Below are positions 1 through 14,768 of a DNA stretch of 64,000 nucleotides, piece after piece. The first letter of the stretch is position 1, and each line of letters opens with the position of its first letter. The stretch lies in NCBI GenBank assembly GCA_951406725.2, contig OX597819.1, positions 19,468,001-19,532,000 of the forward strand, written 5' to 3'. Both the position numbers and the translations under genes were made by a program. The DNA is from Octopus vulgaris (Eukaryota). A model generated the notes under the pieces. The model was not told where the DNA came from and ran no database searches. It saw only the letters and a program-made list of their open reading frames with translations.

Positions 1-209
1 GGGACCGGCTATTGCAAGCAAAATTAAATATTGAAAAAAATATATTTGGCCAAATTTGGACATACGACAGCTTAACATAATAGCAACAATATACACAGGT
101 AAATAGACAGCCCGTAAAACCACATTGTATTTCTCCTAACTTGTAAAAGTTTATAGTTTTTTTTAATTGACATATTTATGCTTCAGGTTCTACATGTGAC
201 TGTTTAATC

Positions 210-1242
210 ATGTGACGTACAAAAGAAGCCTTAGAGCTGTGTGATCTTCAAAGGGGTCGTATTGGGGGTTATTCTGAAGGTTATTCTGAAGCGTAAAATC
301 GCAAAATACCTTGGGAACCGAATTCTACAGCCAATAGATTGATTGTGCAATCTACCAGCGAGGGGAAGGTGTTCACATCACCTTGCCCACATCAGCAAGT
401 GCTCTCTAACAGGACCATTGTATTTGTTAAGAGAAGCGTGGAGGATAATCATCAATGCAAGTCTTCTGATATAGCAGAACAGGTTGATGGCAGTCCCAGA
501 ACAACTGTCAGATATCGCCACGAACTTGGTTACTATAGCAGAGCAGTAAGAAGGAAGCCACTTCTTCGACCACCCAGCATCAAGCGTAAAGATGGGGACA
601 GTGAAATAGTAGAGAGGCCACTACCAGTTTGGAACTCTGTCATATTCTCTGATGAGTCCAGATTTGCTGTATTTTCTAACAGTGGTCTAGTGTGGGTCTG
701 GAGACTTTGTGTTCAAGAATTTGATGCGAAAAGATTACGGCCAACAATGAAACACGGCAGCTATTCTGTGATGTTCTCAGGAACAATTTAGAGAAATTGT
801 TCATCAGAGTTGGTGGAATGTGAGGGAAACATAAACTCAGATAAATATGTATCCATATTTCAGAAAGGACTCCTTCCAATTTTCTCCAGTGATGGAAAGA
901 TTAAAGAAGACTCTTTATTTATTGAAGATGAGACTCCTTGTCACACGGCCAAAATGACCCAAGATTCATGGAATGAGAATTGCATTAAAAATGCTTCCAT
1001 GGCCAAGCCAGTCACCAGATATGTACTCTATTGAACTCCTCTGGGACACAATGGACAGGGCACTGCATAAAAAGAAAAAGAAAGTATCTTCAAAGACAGA
1101 TCTTTCGAGATTACTCCATGAAACATGGCAAGAAATTCTGCAAGAGAATATTCGTCATCTGATAAGTAACATGTCTAATCGGGTCCTTGCATTGAGAAAT
1201 GCAAAGGGCATGTCTACTAAGTTTTCAGTATTCACATTATAA
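210..1242 (+). mobile_element. Decayed Tc1-family (DD34E) transposase with stops and frameshifts
   Basis: Three consecutive ORF pieces give RRKPLL...VIFSDESRF (D1), FIEDETPCHT (D2) and LPWPSQSPDMYSIELLW (E). Correcting the frameshift in the A-run near 990 gives 34 residues between D2 and E. No matching TIR pair found in the window. Confidence 0.92.
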
Positions 1243-1557
1243 CAATTAATAAATGATTTAAATATATAATTTCAGATTTAAATGAATTTTAATGATTATA
1301 AGGATGTATTTACTTCTGTCGTATCTGCGTATACAAATATTTGTAGAAAGCTCGGATTAGCCATCACTCGCAGATATTACCATAGTTTCGTTTCTTATTT
1401 TAAGTGTCTATGTACATGTGAGCAAATACAAACAGTCAGTCGGCACCCAGTCAAAGATCATATGAGAAACGCGGAGGGGGTGAGTGAGGTAAAAGTTCCC
1501 ACACATACGCACATAAAAATGCTTATATTAGTATGTATATATATATATATACATACA

Positions 1558-1606
<49 letters not shown>

Positions 1607-1613
1607 TTATACT

Positions 1614-1647
<34 letters not shown>

Positions 1648-1708
1648 CGTGTGTGTGTGAACGTGTCGGTATGTGTATATGTGTGCGTGCATGTGTGTGA
1701 TAATTATT

Positions 1709-2020
1709 AAGTGCCGGTCAGTTTTTCTGTCACGAAATAATTCTAATGTCGAAAAATATTTAACCTGTGAAGAGAGATTATGAAAGAAAAACGAAAACTA
1801 AACCGTCACTTTATCCAAAAACACACGCAAACCTTTTCCACCTAGAACCATATCAGGCACACACGCACACTCAGTCATACACATAAACTCACACAGGTGC
1901 TCCGTTGTATAGTTAAATTTACGACAGGTCTTACAGCAAAATAAGGTCGCTATTCCAATACTTTCCATCGGGTTCAGACTTGTTATTTTGCTGGTATCAT
2001 TTGAAATAGTTGAAAACAAA
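1709..2020 (-). mobile_element. Possible 3' remnant of a second Tc1/mariner element
   Basis: Minus ORF contains SLNPMESI (like SPDLNPIE), and 1708-1720 TAAGTGCCGGTCA resembles a TA-CAGTG Tc1 end. Weak. Confidence 0.25.
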
Positions 2021-3089
2021 GCTTTTGAACTAAAATAAAAAATACCACATCTCTAGTGCTATGCGGTTTCATGTTATGTGCTTGTGAAACGAGTCTAAAT
2101 TCCCTTAAATATAAGTTACACGTGTTAGAGTAACAACACTAAAACCCCCACTACTTATAACAGAACAAGATATACAGAAAATGGCGTAAGCTCTTCATGA
2201 TAACAAAGCGAAACTTACAGATTCACGCTGAGCTTAATAAACATTGATTAGACGAGAAAATCAATAAAATATACGTGAAGCGTTTTCGATATTTTATTAT
2301 GGATACGGGTTAAATTTATTATGGGTTAAATTTCTATGCGCCACCAATCAGTGACAGTATACACCCTTTGGAGAAATACCCTGTCTAATTTTTCCCTGCT
2401 CTTATTATGCGCAAATATGTTCCTTCAAATCATCGCCGAAATTTCATATCGACCACCAAAGTAGTTGCTCGCCATTTTATGTGTCTAATATTCAAGATTT
2501 TATAATATAATTGTTTACCTTCTTTCATTAACAATTTAAAGTTTTTTTTTTGAAAGCCGTGTATGCAAATATGTTTTTTCCTATATGCGTTGGTTCTAAG
2601 TTATGTGGAAGCACGCACAAACGCACAATTTTCGTTGAATATTAGCGAGAAACAATATTTTACTTGGACTATTGTAGAGAAAAAGCATGACTAGTGCACT
2701 AATTTATGTACTTTAAAATATGAATAAGGACCGTGTTTGTTGTTAGAATAAACGAAAAAGAGTTAAGAATATTAATGATTTGAAAATATGAGGAATGAAT
2801 CCTCGTTACCACAGATTCAGTAGTCTTCGATACGGTTAACAAGGTACGATTAATTTTGAGCCACGGTACGCTTATCATGGATAGAACTTTGATAACACTT
2901 TTTTAACATCAATCTAAGATTCTGCTGCATCGCAAATCGCGCTGCCGCGACCGTTCGCAAAGGTCAGGATAAAATGGTGTCTAAAAATGAAACAATATCT
3001 CCAATTTTTTGAATATCGAGAGAACAAGGGTGTATATTATTGAGTCAATTTGGAGGAGGATATCGAGAGAATGTGATATTTTCTCAATG

Positions 3090-3312
3090 TATGAGTTTGT
3101 GTCTTTGTATCAGTATTTTGTCCTCTACCACCGCTAGACAACCAATGTCGGTATGTTTACGTCGCCGTAAATTAACGGTTCGGTAGAAGAGAATGTTCGA
3201 AGAAGTACCCGGCCCCCAAAACAAGATGTGGGGTCGATTCTTTCGACTAAATTTCTTCAAGGCTGTGTCCCAGCGTGGCCTCTGTCTAATGACTGAAAGA
3301 AGTAAGTGATAA
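3090..3312 (+). mobile_element. 3' half of SINE family 1, diverged
   Basis: GACAACCAATGTCGGTATGTTTACGTC...GGGGTCGATT...CCAGCGTGGCC...AATGACTGAAA matches the body and tail of the copy at 39907-40320. Confidence 0.8.
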
Positions 3313-3778
3313 AAAAAATGTCATATATATAATATATTTTCGGAACTGTTAGCGTTGATATATTTGGTCTAAGATGCGTAGGAATCTTACATTACGTTGA
3401 CTTATCCTTACCGGACTCTATGATAAAATGCGTGAGTGTGTGTCTATATAAATAAATGCATGTGCGTGTCAATGTTCATTCGTGCATGCCTATAGAGAAA
3501 GACACAGATTACATGAAGTACAGCATATATTTTGAAAAACAATGAGTGGCTTTTATCCACAAGACCTGAAAATATCCCTTAGTGACACATAAAATATATG
3601 TGACTGGCGTTCTTCAGGTAATGATGTAGAATACGTATCTGAAGAGAAAATGGCAACCCCCTCCCTTCTCCATCGCCATCGCAGACTCAAAGACACACAA
3701 ATTCATTGAAATACGTAAGCAAACATATGAAGATGGACAGAGATATCCATCTCAGATTAGTTGCAATACTACAAGCCA

Positions 3779-3994
3779 TGTATGTATGTAGGTATGTATG
3801 TATGCATGCACGTATGTATGTATGTATGTATGTATGCATGTACGTATGTATGGATGAATGTATGTATGCATGTATGTATGTATGTATGTGTATGTATGTA
3901 TATATGTATGTATGCATATATGTATTTATGTATATATATATGCATGTATGTATGCATGTATGTATGTATATATGTATGTATGTATGCATGTATG

Positions 3995-4026
<32 letters not shown>

Positions 4027-4236
4027 CATGTACGTATGTATGTATGTATGTGTCTGTATGTATGTATGTGTATGTTTGAATGTATGTGTGTATGTATGTG
4101 TATGTATATATGTATGTATGCATGTATGTATATATGCATGTATGTATGCATGTATGTATGTATATATGTACGTATGTATGTATGCATGTATGTATATATG
4201 TATGTATGCATGTATGTATGTATATATGTATATAAG

Positions 4237-4270
<34 letters not shown>

Positions 4271-4290
4271 TGTATATATGCATGCATGGG
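3779..4290. repeat. Long degenerate (ATGT)n/(ATGC)n microsatellite
   Basis: Directly visible; source of the spurious MYVC/HTYI ORFs. Confidence 0.97.
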
Positions 4291-4607
4291 TGATGTTTGC
4301 ATGCATGAAATTACTTTTGTGTGTGCATGCATGCATATATTCGCGTTATGCATAGATTTATATTTATATCTGTGTATGACTGTATGCGTTTGGGACTATG
4401 ACTGTATGTGTATATGTATGAATAGTAGATAGATAGATAGAAAGATAAATAGCTAAAGGCGGAGAACGAAAAACGGAACATGAATAACGGCAAATGAACA
4501 AAGACGAAAGAAACAATGGTGGAAAAGACCCAAAGGAATGAAAGAACGAAAATAGAAACGAATGGAATAAAGAAAGAAACGGAAAATAGGCGAGAGAATA
4601 AAAGAAC

Positions 4608-4694
<87 letters not shown>

Positions 4695-5474
4695 GTGTGT
4701 ATGTATATATGTATGTAAGATAGATTGAAGAATGTTAGGAGTCGCTATCGTTTCCTTTCTGACCTTGTCCCGACCTTGATATCATTTCAAGGCACAAGAG
4801 ATTGTCATTTTAGCGTCTTCGAAAAGTGACTGGAAAATTGTTTCCATTTGTCAGCGCCATCTAACGGGCACAATAGCAATCTTTCATTTGCGCAGTGAAC
4901 TTTATTTATCAGAATAGGTCAAGTGAAGTCGTTGGCGAAATTTCTTTGAAACGCGCGTTTATATCGTCGCATTCTAGGTTGTTGCTTGTCTTAATGACTG
5001 GTTTATTTCGGATTATCGATTTGAAAAATTCAATATATAAGACGTTCAGAATAGATTTGGAACAGTGATGTGATTACGTTAGTAGTACAGAAGATATTCT
5101 GATATTACAATCAATAAGCTTATTTTATCAAGGTTTTCTTTCGCTTCAATATGTCGTTTGTGTTTTAAAAAATAATAGCAGAGTATTATAAACTAGAATA
5201 CACGATATCAGCCATTGATTTCAGGGAATTGAGTACACCAAAGTTAACAATTATTATTTTCTTTATTTTCTTTATGCTAGCTCTCGAAAGATAAGTGAAT
5301 GTTCTTTGGTTGTTAATAGAAAAATCATCGTCTGTTATTGTAGTATTGGCATTTATATACTTTTTTTCCCAAGTAATTTAGGATTGGTTTTATCGAAATT
5401 GATCGTTACTAATGTCATACAATTTTCTTCTTGTTCAAATACGGTGGATTCTCTTTATTATTGTTAACAAATAG

Positions 5475-6300
5475 GCGGAGGAGAAATCAGGGAAACATCC
5501 GAGAAAATGCCTTCTGGTATTTTGTTCCTATTCTTTACGCTCTGAGTTCAGATCTCGCCTCAGTCAAATTTCCATTTCATCTCTCTCGCCTCGATAAATT
5601 CCCTATGATGATTTGTGGAACGGTGATCTACCACCAGGCTGGCGTACCAAATCTTTGGAGATTTTGTCTTACACTTATTGTACAGAGCTGCTAAGCAGGT
5701 GAAACTTTTTTAACATACCTTTCATCCTTCCAGGAAAATATATTCACTGAGATAATTTTTTAAAAACATTTCTTAAAGACAATACGGTCTTGAAGTAATG
5801 TAAGACATAGATCAGGTGTGAATTAGGTATAACAGGCAAGGCGGTATAATGAGATGATATGATCTATATAGATAACTACCGGCGGTCTATAAAAGCTTTT
5901 CGTAATTTTGTGCAAATATTCTATGATAATTCAATTTCTTTGCAATAATTTATTATCATTAAGATGGCGAAGTGGTAGAATCATTCGTCCGTCTTTACGT
6001 TTTGGATTCAAATGCTGACGAGGTCAACTTTGGTTCAATCCTTTCAGGTTCGATAAAATAAATACCAGTGGAACACTGGGGCCGATGTAATTGCCATGCA
6101 CCCTCCCTCGAACACGCAACTCTTGTGGCAAAATACGAAGCCATTATTTTATTCTTATTCTTGTGGTGACCTGGCAAAATTGTAACTACGCACGAAAATA
6201 GCGGCATTTCCTATTTTTCATCCAGATTTCAAATCGTGCGGGAGTCGAATTTGCCTTTCATCCTTTCGGGGTCGATAAAATAATTAGCATTTGGGTACTT
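5475..6300 (+). mobile_element. Three degenerate SINE family 2 fragments (about 5475-5660, 5965-6140, 6170-6300)
   Basis: Each shows variants of TTCTGAGTTCAAAT...GTCAACTTTGCCTTTCATCCTTTCGGGGTCGATAAA seen intact at 57603-57834. Confidence 0.75.
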
Positions 6301-6329
6301 GGGTACTTGGGTACTTTTTCCTTATCCTG

Positions 6330-8900
6330 TTCCAGATTGTTCTGGCCACCATATTGTGCTTCATAGGAAGATAATATCTGAAAAACATACCTTTGCAGTT
6401 AGCAATAATGTGGATGATATCTTCTTTCTTGGTCTTCTACTGCCTTCATTTGTTGTCTGTCAGCGTTTTCTACCTTTTATGTTGCAGGTACTTAGCGGTA
6501 ATGTGTTGTACTTGAATGCTGGAGGAAAGCTTCGAAATGGGGTGCCATAAATTCATCGATATTCCATGTGAAGCTCTTGACGTGATGAGTCCCTTCTACG
6601 AGTCATATTCAACATGCCAAATAACCATTTACTATCTTCCCAGTGAACTAATCCACTTTTTCCTTTTATTCTCTGCTTCTGATAAACTGATACTCCTCGA
6701 GGAGAGATCTGTATTAACTCTTATTGCATGCCTCACCTTAAATTCATTAACTATAGTAATCATGTTTTTGATTTCCCCCCGCTCATAAACTTGGTCAATA
6801 TTATTACTGTTCTCTTTCCCCTAGAAAAGATGTTGTTTATATGACATCAGTACAGATTTGAAACTACGGCCATAATCCTTGCGCGTGAATTATAGCTTGT
6901 TTCCATATGCATTGATGCTGACATTTCCCGTAACACTGAGCAGCTTGCGAGTTCGAAGCTCTAACTCATTGAGGTCTTATAATAACCAGTTCAGAACGAC
7001 AAGTGTACGTGTGAGTACAGGCATTGCAAAGGCGCTGCGGCCAATATGCTCGTTGTATGCTGACGGCTTTGATGACCATATTTTCTTTATTCTCTTGAAG
7101 TATTCATTCCTGGTCCTCTTTTTGCTTAACGGTCAATCAAACTTGACGTTCTCATCTTTTCGAAGTTACTTATAATTGTCACTACACTGTAGAGGTTGTA
7201 CTGTCAAGCCGTTCACTTTTAGGTCTTCAGAGGAGGGCAAAACTTTTCCTACGCACATTTAGAACCACCAAATTCTATCCCTGAATCTGTAGAAAATTGG
7301 GTTATAAAATTTAGTTTATTTTCCCAGGTCGTTGATATTTGACCCATACACTTCCAGATCGCCAACAAAGAAAACAGGGGAAATAATTCTGGATCTATTT
7401 CTATGGTTACCATAATTTAGTGAGCAGGTCTCATAGTGGATATAATGAGAAGACAAAACACCTGAAAGTTACCTTTTGGCTACCGAAAAATATCCAACGT
7501 CGTATCACTCCAAAGGAGCACAGTGGTGTAGCAAGTCTTGGTCAGGTGTTCAATATAACTCACTGGTGGTTGAAGGACTTTGTCTAACTCTAAAGCCTTG
7601 ATAATTCATCCGTGTGGAATACTATCAAAATCTTTCTGATAGACCGGTCACACTACGGTTAAGTTCCTGTGATCTTTTTCTTGTCTTTTACCTGGATCAT
7701 TTTATTAATTACCAGCTGCTCTATACAGTCCCTCTTTTTCTCTCCAGGTTGCTCAGGTGTTAATTGTTGTTGGTGCAGACTAATTGTTGGTGCAGACTAA
7801 GGCAATCATTATAAAATCTCCTTAACGATGTTCAGGCAGGCTGTGGAGCGGGTCTTTTTAAATTTTAGCAAGGGGGATTTCGATATTGTTTAGAATGAGG
7901 AGAGAAATTGCATATGGTAAGCGTGGGAGAATGTTATGTGTGTCCTTGATATTTTCTCCATACAATAATATGATATCTCGCTGATAAAAGAGAAAAGACC
8001 CCAGCTAATAAACTCTTATGAAGTCTGGGTTTGGGCATTTCTTGTTTGATATCTTCTTTAGAACTGTTTCCTGTATTTTGCTGCGACCTTGATTTTGTTT
8101 TTGCCGGACTTGCAGGCATTCGTCCTGCTCCAAGTCTTTTAGCTGTAGAGCCCATTTGTTGAATTCAAGATTTGTTTCTTATAGAAACCTCCGGTGGCTC
8201 TCAACATGATCTGTTTCGGGGGAAGAATTTTATAAAGATGGAACTTCTCACACTGAGGAAGCTAAAAGCTGACTGGGGATCTCTGGCAAAACATTCATTG
8301 AGCATTTGCTGTTTATAAACTGTAGATCCATATTTCAGCTTTTCAGCTGCAGCTTTGAGTTGTTTCAGCTGATACAGTTTGGAGTTCAAGTTATGGAATC
8401 CTGTATCATGAAATGGCCCCTATAGTACATTTGTTTTCTGAGGTCCTTCTCCTGGCATGTGAATTTCTTCGCGTTACATTTCATAACTATAACAATCTGT
8501 ATACTTTTTCACAGAAATAAACTTTTCGTTTCGACGTTACGTTCCTTTGCTGGTTAACGCTTTCTGCCTGAATACCCATAATGGATTTGTAGTTACTTTA
8601 CATACCTGTGGACTCTGTGGTCATCAGATATTTGTTTGGTAATTCTTTTACTGCTTCTAATTCTAATTTGCTGAGTTCTTTATTTATGGATATATGGTCT
8701 GTTACTCAAACTAAGGTTCGGGACCTTCGAAAGGTATCCCTCCAGATCATTTAACAAGGTGTCCACATGTTCCCGGTGTTCTGTTTGTACCGTATATATA
8801 TGGATTACTGTTAAGTAGTTGGTGTCCAGTTTTAGCTGACGGTTCTGTCTTTCCCTCAGTGGAAGTCCACTATAAATCTTCAATGGCTGGCTTTATGAAG
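6330..8900 (-). mobile_element. Old, heavily decayed R4/Dong-clade (RLE) non-LTR retrotransposon
   Basis: Minus-strand translation gives LFFVGDLEVYG (YMDD region, ~7350), YKYLRKDE...EYFKRIKKIWSSK...AMPVL...LNW (~7000-7170) and EDIIHIIANCK...HNMVA (zinc-knuckle region, ~6350-6430), colinear with the copy at 17550-19490. The 5' boundary is approximate. Confidence 0.82.
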
Positions 8901-11384
8901 CCAACCGATTTTGAATCAGTTATTTCTGTTAGATGTGTCACTTTACATCTAATACACGTTTTGATGTTTCGTTTAAATATTTTGGAGATAAATCTACTTC
9001 TGGGTGTTTGGATTTCCCGAACGTTTTTAGCCTTTGCATAAAACCGAACTTTTTGGGGTCAGATTGTATATATATGTTTCAGATAAATCATTGTTAAGAT
9101 CATAGCTCCATTGTGTGCAGTGATTTTGTCGAAAGATACTTATACGTTTAGCCATGACAATTTTGTTTATTTCCTGATACTTGTATTTGTTTTTCAAAAT
9201 AGAGAAAGATCTTCTTCAAAATATTCGATAAAGTGTTGCCTGAATTAAATTTCAAGTTGTTCACAGCTGAGCTAATCTTTCCTTTCAATTTCTTTTTCAT
9301 CCTACAATTCTGTTTAAACGTGTCCATTGAACGAATCTTGTCTTTTTCGTGAAATGTCTTCAAGCGTTACATATATTTTTCTGTGTGTATCGTTACAGCG
9401 CCGTGTTTATAGAAATATGTTATGACGTAGGAATCGGTTCTATACGCATGTTGCAGTATATTCAATGCTTAAAATACCACTTTAGAAATATTCGGTTGTA
9501 ATGTCACGGCACTCTTTTATCTCAACTTTCCCAATATTTTGTAGTGTTATCTTCATATGTGCAGTAATGACACCCATCCGAGTATCGGACTGGCCAGAAC
9601 AGTTGCTAATATGTATGTATGCACATATGCATGTATGTATGTACGTTTACGTGTGTATGTATTTATTTACACATACATATATATTTTCGTATATGTCTAC
9701 ATACAATATAATTACCATAATGATGAGCAAACTGGGCGAGTTTCAGCGCAAAATATACTCGAAACACAGCACCACATTAGATTTGGACCCAAGAAAATAT
9801 GAAAATCTGCTTTAGTTTTCTCTACGGAGAGTACTTTATATCTTTATTTAAATAAAATTCTAAAGGTTTAGAATACAGCATTCGTTCGAGGGCAATATCT
9901 GTTAAAACCTCGGGGCCTACATCAAGAATTAAAGTGCGCACATCAAAATTGTAACCGTTGCATTTCATGTAGCGGCCAGTCAAGGGATTCTCTTCTCGTC
10001 AATCGTATGTCGAACTTCCAAAGTGTCCCTACATCACAGTAACATACATTACATGAGACTCTCCTATTGTAATTGTAAATGCTGTTGCTATCAGCATCTT
10101 TCTTTATTCCATTCAATTAATAAATATTTCAGGAAAAAAAAAAGCGCCTCAAAATGTCCGAAACTCACCTGACTTAATGTCATTCAGTAACATGGAGCAT
10201 CATCATTAGAGCCATACTATATTTCCTCTGATTTTGGCGCCCCAGTCTTTGGCATAAAATTAAATGTTTGATATTTGAAAGCAGTCATTGTTGGATAAAA
10301 ATATTATTCAATCGTCCTTCCTCGCGCAGGTTTCTTTATATGTTTCTTGAAGAATTAAATTCCAGGTATAGCGGCAAAAATTCAAGGTCTTGAGATCTAA
10401 CAAGTGTTAAGGATGTGTTATCTTTGATAAAAAGCAGGGCTGGCTAACACTGCTTTACACCAATGTAGACTTATCAGTGTGGATCTGAAACTAATCCGAC
10501 CACCTGACTAGTGGCGAATAGTGAGGAGCGGTCTGTTCTGTGCTTTACTGCTTTTAATCAATTTCCTAGGAAAATATTTTTGAGTCATGAATGAAGAGGC
10601 AGCCCACACAGTAACCGCTTTGAATTGATTGTTGGAGAGACGGTATGATGTGCAGGATATTCCGGCGGAAGTTGATAGGTGCTGGGAAAAAAGGGCTGAT
10701 CAAGTTTTAGATACGTATAGGGACATACAGTGACATATACACTACAGTGACATATACACGTGCAATTCCTTACACTGGTGCTCTCTTTGTAGATTGAAGG
10801 GGGTGGGGTCATCCACTTGGTTCAATGATATATAAAATTTATTCCATATACTCAGTGCTTTTCACAGACGTTTTAACTTACACAAACATAGACACACACA
10901 CACTCACGCGCACACACACACAAAGTGAGAGAGGGAGATAAATAGTTATATAAATGCACCATTCATACACATAAATACGCTTACATATATAGGTGTGTGC
11001 AGATATTTATCCATCAATACATGTGTGTATGTGTGTGTGTCTGTGTGTCTGGCTCTGTGTGTGTATATATTTCTGTGTGTATGAGTGTGTATCATCTATG
11101 TTTATGTAAATTATGAAAAGTATATCGTCGCCGTGCAATAGACGGAAGCTACAGTGAAGCTATAGCCACTCTGTTCAATGCGATATAGCAGTTTCCTTTA
11201 ATACATTAATAGAGAAAATGAATGGTAGAATGTTATCAAACTGCAATAAGTTAATGGCATTGCATAATTACGTTGGTCGGTCACAAGGAGGGTTCTGTAG
11301 CGCCCAGTACGACCTTGTTGCAGAAGATAGACGGAATGCGACTCAAAATAGGGAATAATGTTGAAAATTACGTAGAAGTATGTG

Positions 11385-11422
11385 TATGTATATATATAGA
11401 AATATATATATATATAAATAAG

Positions 11423-11517
<95 letters not shown>

Positions 11518-11543
11518 TTATATACATATATGTATATATACAT

Positions 11544-11632
<89 letters not shown>

Positions 11633-11675
11633 AACAGAGAGACAGATAGATAGATAGAGAGATGGAGAGATAGAG

Positions 11676-11772
<97 letters not shown>
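11385..11772. repeat. Compound microsatellite (TA)n-(GA)n-(GACA)n-(GATA)n
   Basis: Directly visible. Confidence 0.97.
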
Positions 11773-11773
<1 letters not shown>

Positions 11774-11779
11774 AGGTGC

Positions 11780-12070
11780 ACTCGGCCGCTTACGACAACG
11801 AATGTCCCAGCTGATACGGTCAACGGAATAGTTTACTTGTGAAATTGACGTGTATGTGGCTGAGCACTCCACAGACACGTGGACACTTAATGTTGTTGTG
11901 AGGGAGATTCAGCGTGACACAGAACGTGACAAGGCTGGCTCTTTGAAATACAGGTACCATTCATTTTTACCAGCTATGGGGAGCAACGTGAGATAAAGTG
12001 TCTTGCTCAAGACACAGCACCTTGCCGGAAATTGAACTCACGACCTTACAAAGCCACGCGCCTTTGCACA
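11780..12070 (-). mobile_element. SINE family 3 (tRNA-derived head)
   Basis: GCTGAGCACTCCACAGACAC...GATTCAGCGTGACACAGA...GAGCAACGTGAGATAAAGTGTCTTGCTCAAG; homologous to 25725-26050 and shares its head with 22054-22398. Confidence 0.85.
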
Positions 12071-12074
12071 TTCG

Positions 12075-12075
<1 letters not shown>

Positions 12076-12154
<79 letters not shown>

Positions 12155-12166
12155 AATCTATCTTTA

Positions 12167-12229
<63 letters not shown>

Positions 12230-12230
12230 A

Positions 12231-12285
<55 letters not shown>

Positions 12286-12348
12286 ATATATATATATATA
12301 TCTATCTGTCTATGTATATCTATATCTATCTGTCTATGTATATCTAAT

Positions 12349-12399
<51 letters not shown>

Positions 12400-12408
12400 A
12401 TCTATCTA

Positions 12409-12467
<59 letters not shown>

Positions 12468-12485
12468 ATATATATATATATAATA
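12076..12485. repeat. (TCTA)n-dominated compound microsatellite
   Basis: Directly visible. Confidence 0.97.
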
Positions 12486-13739
12486 TATCCTTATTAAATA
12501 TAAATCAAAGTATACATATGTGTGTCTGTGTTTGTTGGTTGTTTGCCTTTTCTCTTATAGGGGCAAAGTTAATAGGGATGGAGCGGGATTGGGGTTTGGG
12601 AGAATGTAATGGAGAAAGAAACGCAAACGCATTGCTGACCCATCTCTATTGAATGGAAGGCAAATTCGAACTTCCCCACATGAGGGAACGAAACCGACAT
12701 GAACATTTCACTGTCCCATCATTTTTTGTTATCGCTCTCATTGGCATCATATGCATTACGTCATGTGACTTTGTATCTCATTTATTATACACAGATACAC
12801 ACACACACACATACACATATGTATATATATACTAACACACTAATATGTATATTTATGTGGTGGGGGGTGAGAGTCTTTATATTTGCCTGTGTATATTTGT
12901 CGGTTCGTGTGAGGATTCATACACACACAATCACGCACACACGCACGCACGCACGCACAAACACACACTTTTCCACGATGCATAATATCATATACCGTAG
13001 CTTTGCTTCCACGCTTCTGTATTTCTTTATACCGTTCTTTCTTTCCTTCTTTCTTCGCTTCTTTCTCATTTTCTTTCTTGGTTTGTTTCCTACTCCCTCT
13101 CTCTTCTTTTCTCTCTCTTTTCTCCTACCTTCGATTTTATTTATCCTTTTAAATATTTCTCCTACCCAGTTTCATTTTATCTCACTTATGTTATTCTACA
13201 TCTGTCTAGATTTCGCTTTCTCTTTTCTAGAAGAAGCAAAATTCTGTATTTTTTTTTTTATAAAATGACGAAACGAACCCCTTGTTAGAAGTCACTAATT
13301 TAATGGGCGGACCTAGCGTTGTAGTATTAAAAGATGGCACAGAGGAAGGACATTGCTCGCATCGCTTGTAGCCATAACGATGACCTCCTAACATTAAGAA
13401 ATGCTCAACAACTCACGAATGGTGCAGAATGAAGCCAAACCAACTCCACATTGGTGTGTGTGTGTGTGTGTGTGCGTGCATGTGTGTGTGTGTGCGTGTG
13501 TGTGTGTGTTACAACTTGGCTTACATAGGCTGCACTGAAACATATCTTGGTGTGTTTTAATAGAGGATTATTCAGTTATTGTGCTTAATAATTAATTAGA
13601 AATTACACTACCTCATACAAAAGTGAAACGTGAACGAAATTCAAAGAAGACGATAAATTTCAGATATACTTTTTAAAAATGATGTGTATATCCACTCCCG
13701 TGATTTTGCACGGTGATCCATCCATCCATCTATCTAGCC

Positions 13740-13838
<99 letters not shown>

Positions 13839-13950
13839 AACTAATCTGTCTATATACATAATTGTTCATATGTATGCATATTTATATATATATATATATG
13901 TAAATATATATATATGTAAATATATGGATAGGTGTGTGTATAAATATATA

Positions 13951-14333
13951 GGCGCAGGAGTGGATGTGTGGTAAGTAGCTTGCTTACCAACCACATGGTT
14001 CCGGGTTCGGTCCCACTGCATGGAACCTTGGGCAAGTGTCTTTTACTATAGCCTCGGGCTGACCAAAGACTTGTGAGAGGATTTGGTAGACGGAAACTGT
14101 GTGCATATATGTTTGTATGTCTTATCTTGTCCCTCCCCCTACCAACATCGATTGACAACCGATGCTGGTGTGTTTACGTCACGGTCACTTAGCGGTTCGT
14201 CAAAAGAGACAGGATTGAATAAGTACCAGGCTTACAAAGAATAAGTCCCGGGGTCGAGATGCTCCATTAAAGGCGGTGCTCCAGCATGGCCGCAGCCAAA
14301 TGACTGAAACAAGCAAAAGAGAGAGTAAAGGGA

Positions 14334-14335
<2 letters not shown>
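13951..14335 (+). mobile_element. SINE family 1, near full length
   Basis: Head GGCGCAGGAGTGGATGTGTGG (A-box-like) and GGTTCGGTCCC (B-box-like); tail GGTGCTCCAGCATGGCCGCAG...GAAACAAGCAAAAGAG. Confidence 0.93.
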
Positions 14336-14392
<57 letters not shown>

Positions 14393-14393
<1 letters not shown>

Positions 14394-14768
14394 CTTTCTC
14401 TCTTTTACTTGTTTCAGACATTTAACTGCGGCCATGCTGGAGCACCGCCTTTAGTCGAACAAATCGACCCTGGGACTTATTTTTTGTAAGCCTAGTACTT
14501 ATTCTATCGGGCTCTTTTGTCGAACCGCTAAGTGACGGGGACGTAAACACACCAGCATCGGTTGTCAAGCAATGCTAGGGGGGCAAACACAAACAAACAA
14601 ACACATACATATATATATATATACATATATACGACGGGCTTCTTTGAGTTTCCGTCTACCAAATCCACTCACAAGGCATTGGTCGGCCCGGGGCTATAGC
14701 AAAAGACAGTTGCCCAAGATGCCACGCAGTGGGACTGAACCCGGAACCATGTGGTTGGTTAGCAAGCT
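14393..14768 (-). mobile_element. SINE family 1, slightly 5'-truncated, tail-to-tail with the previous copy
   Basis: Reverse complement of the family 1 sequence. Confidence 0.93.

Noticed and set aside
2300-3000. CCAAT, CGCCATTTT and a CpG-rich patch as a promoter
   Set aside because: Short common words with no linked exon; not supportable from sequence alone.
3687-4432. Overlapping 130-220 aa ORFs on both strands, and the many similar IYIY, YLSI, THTH, VCVC ORFs elsewhere
   Set aside because: Translations of stop-free microsatellites; no protein-like complexity.
10640-10680. CAGYSGG trypsin-like peptide
   Set aside because: Stops immediately on both sides and no GDSGGP motif; chance match.
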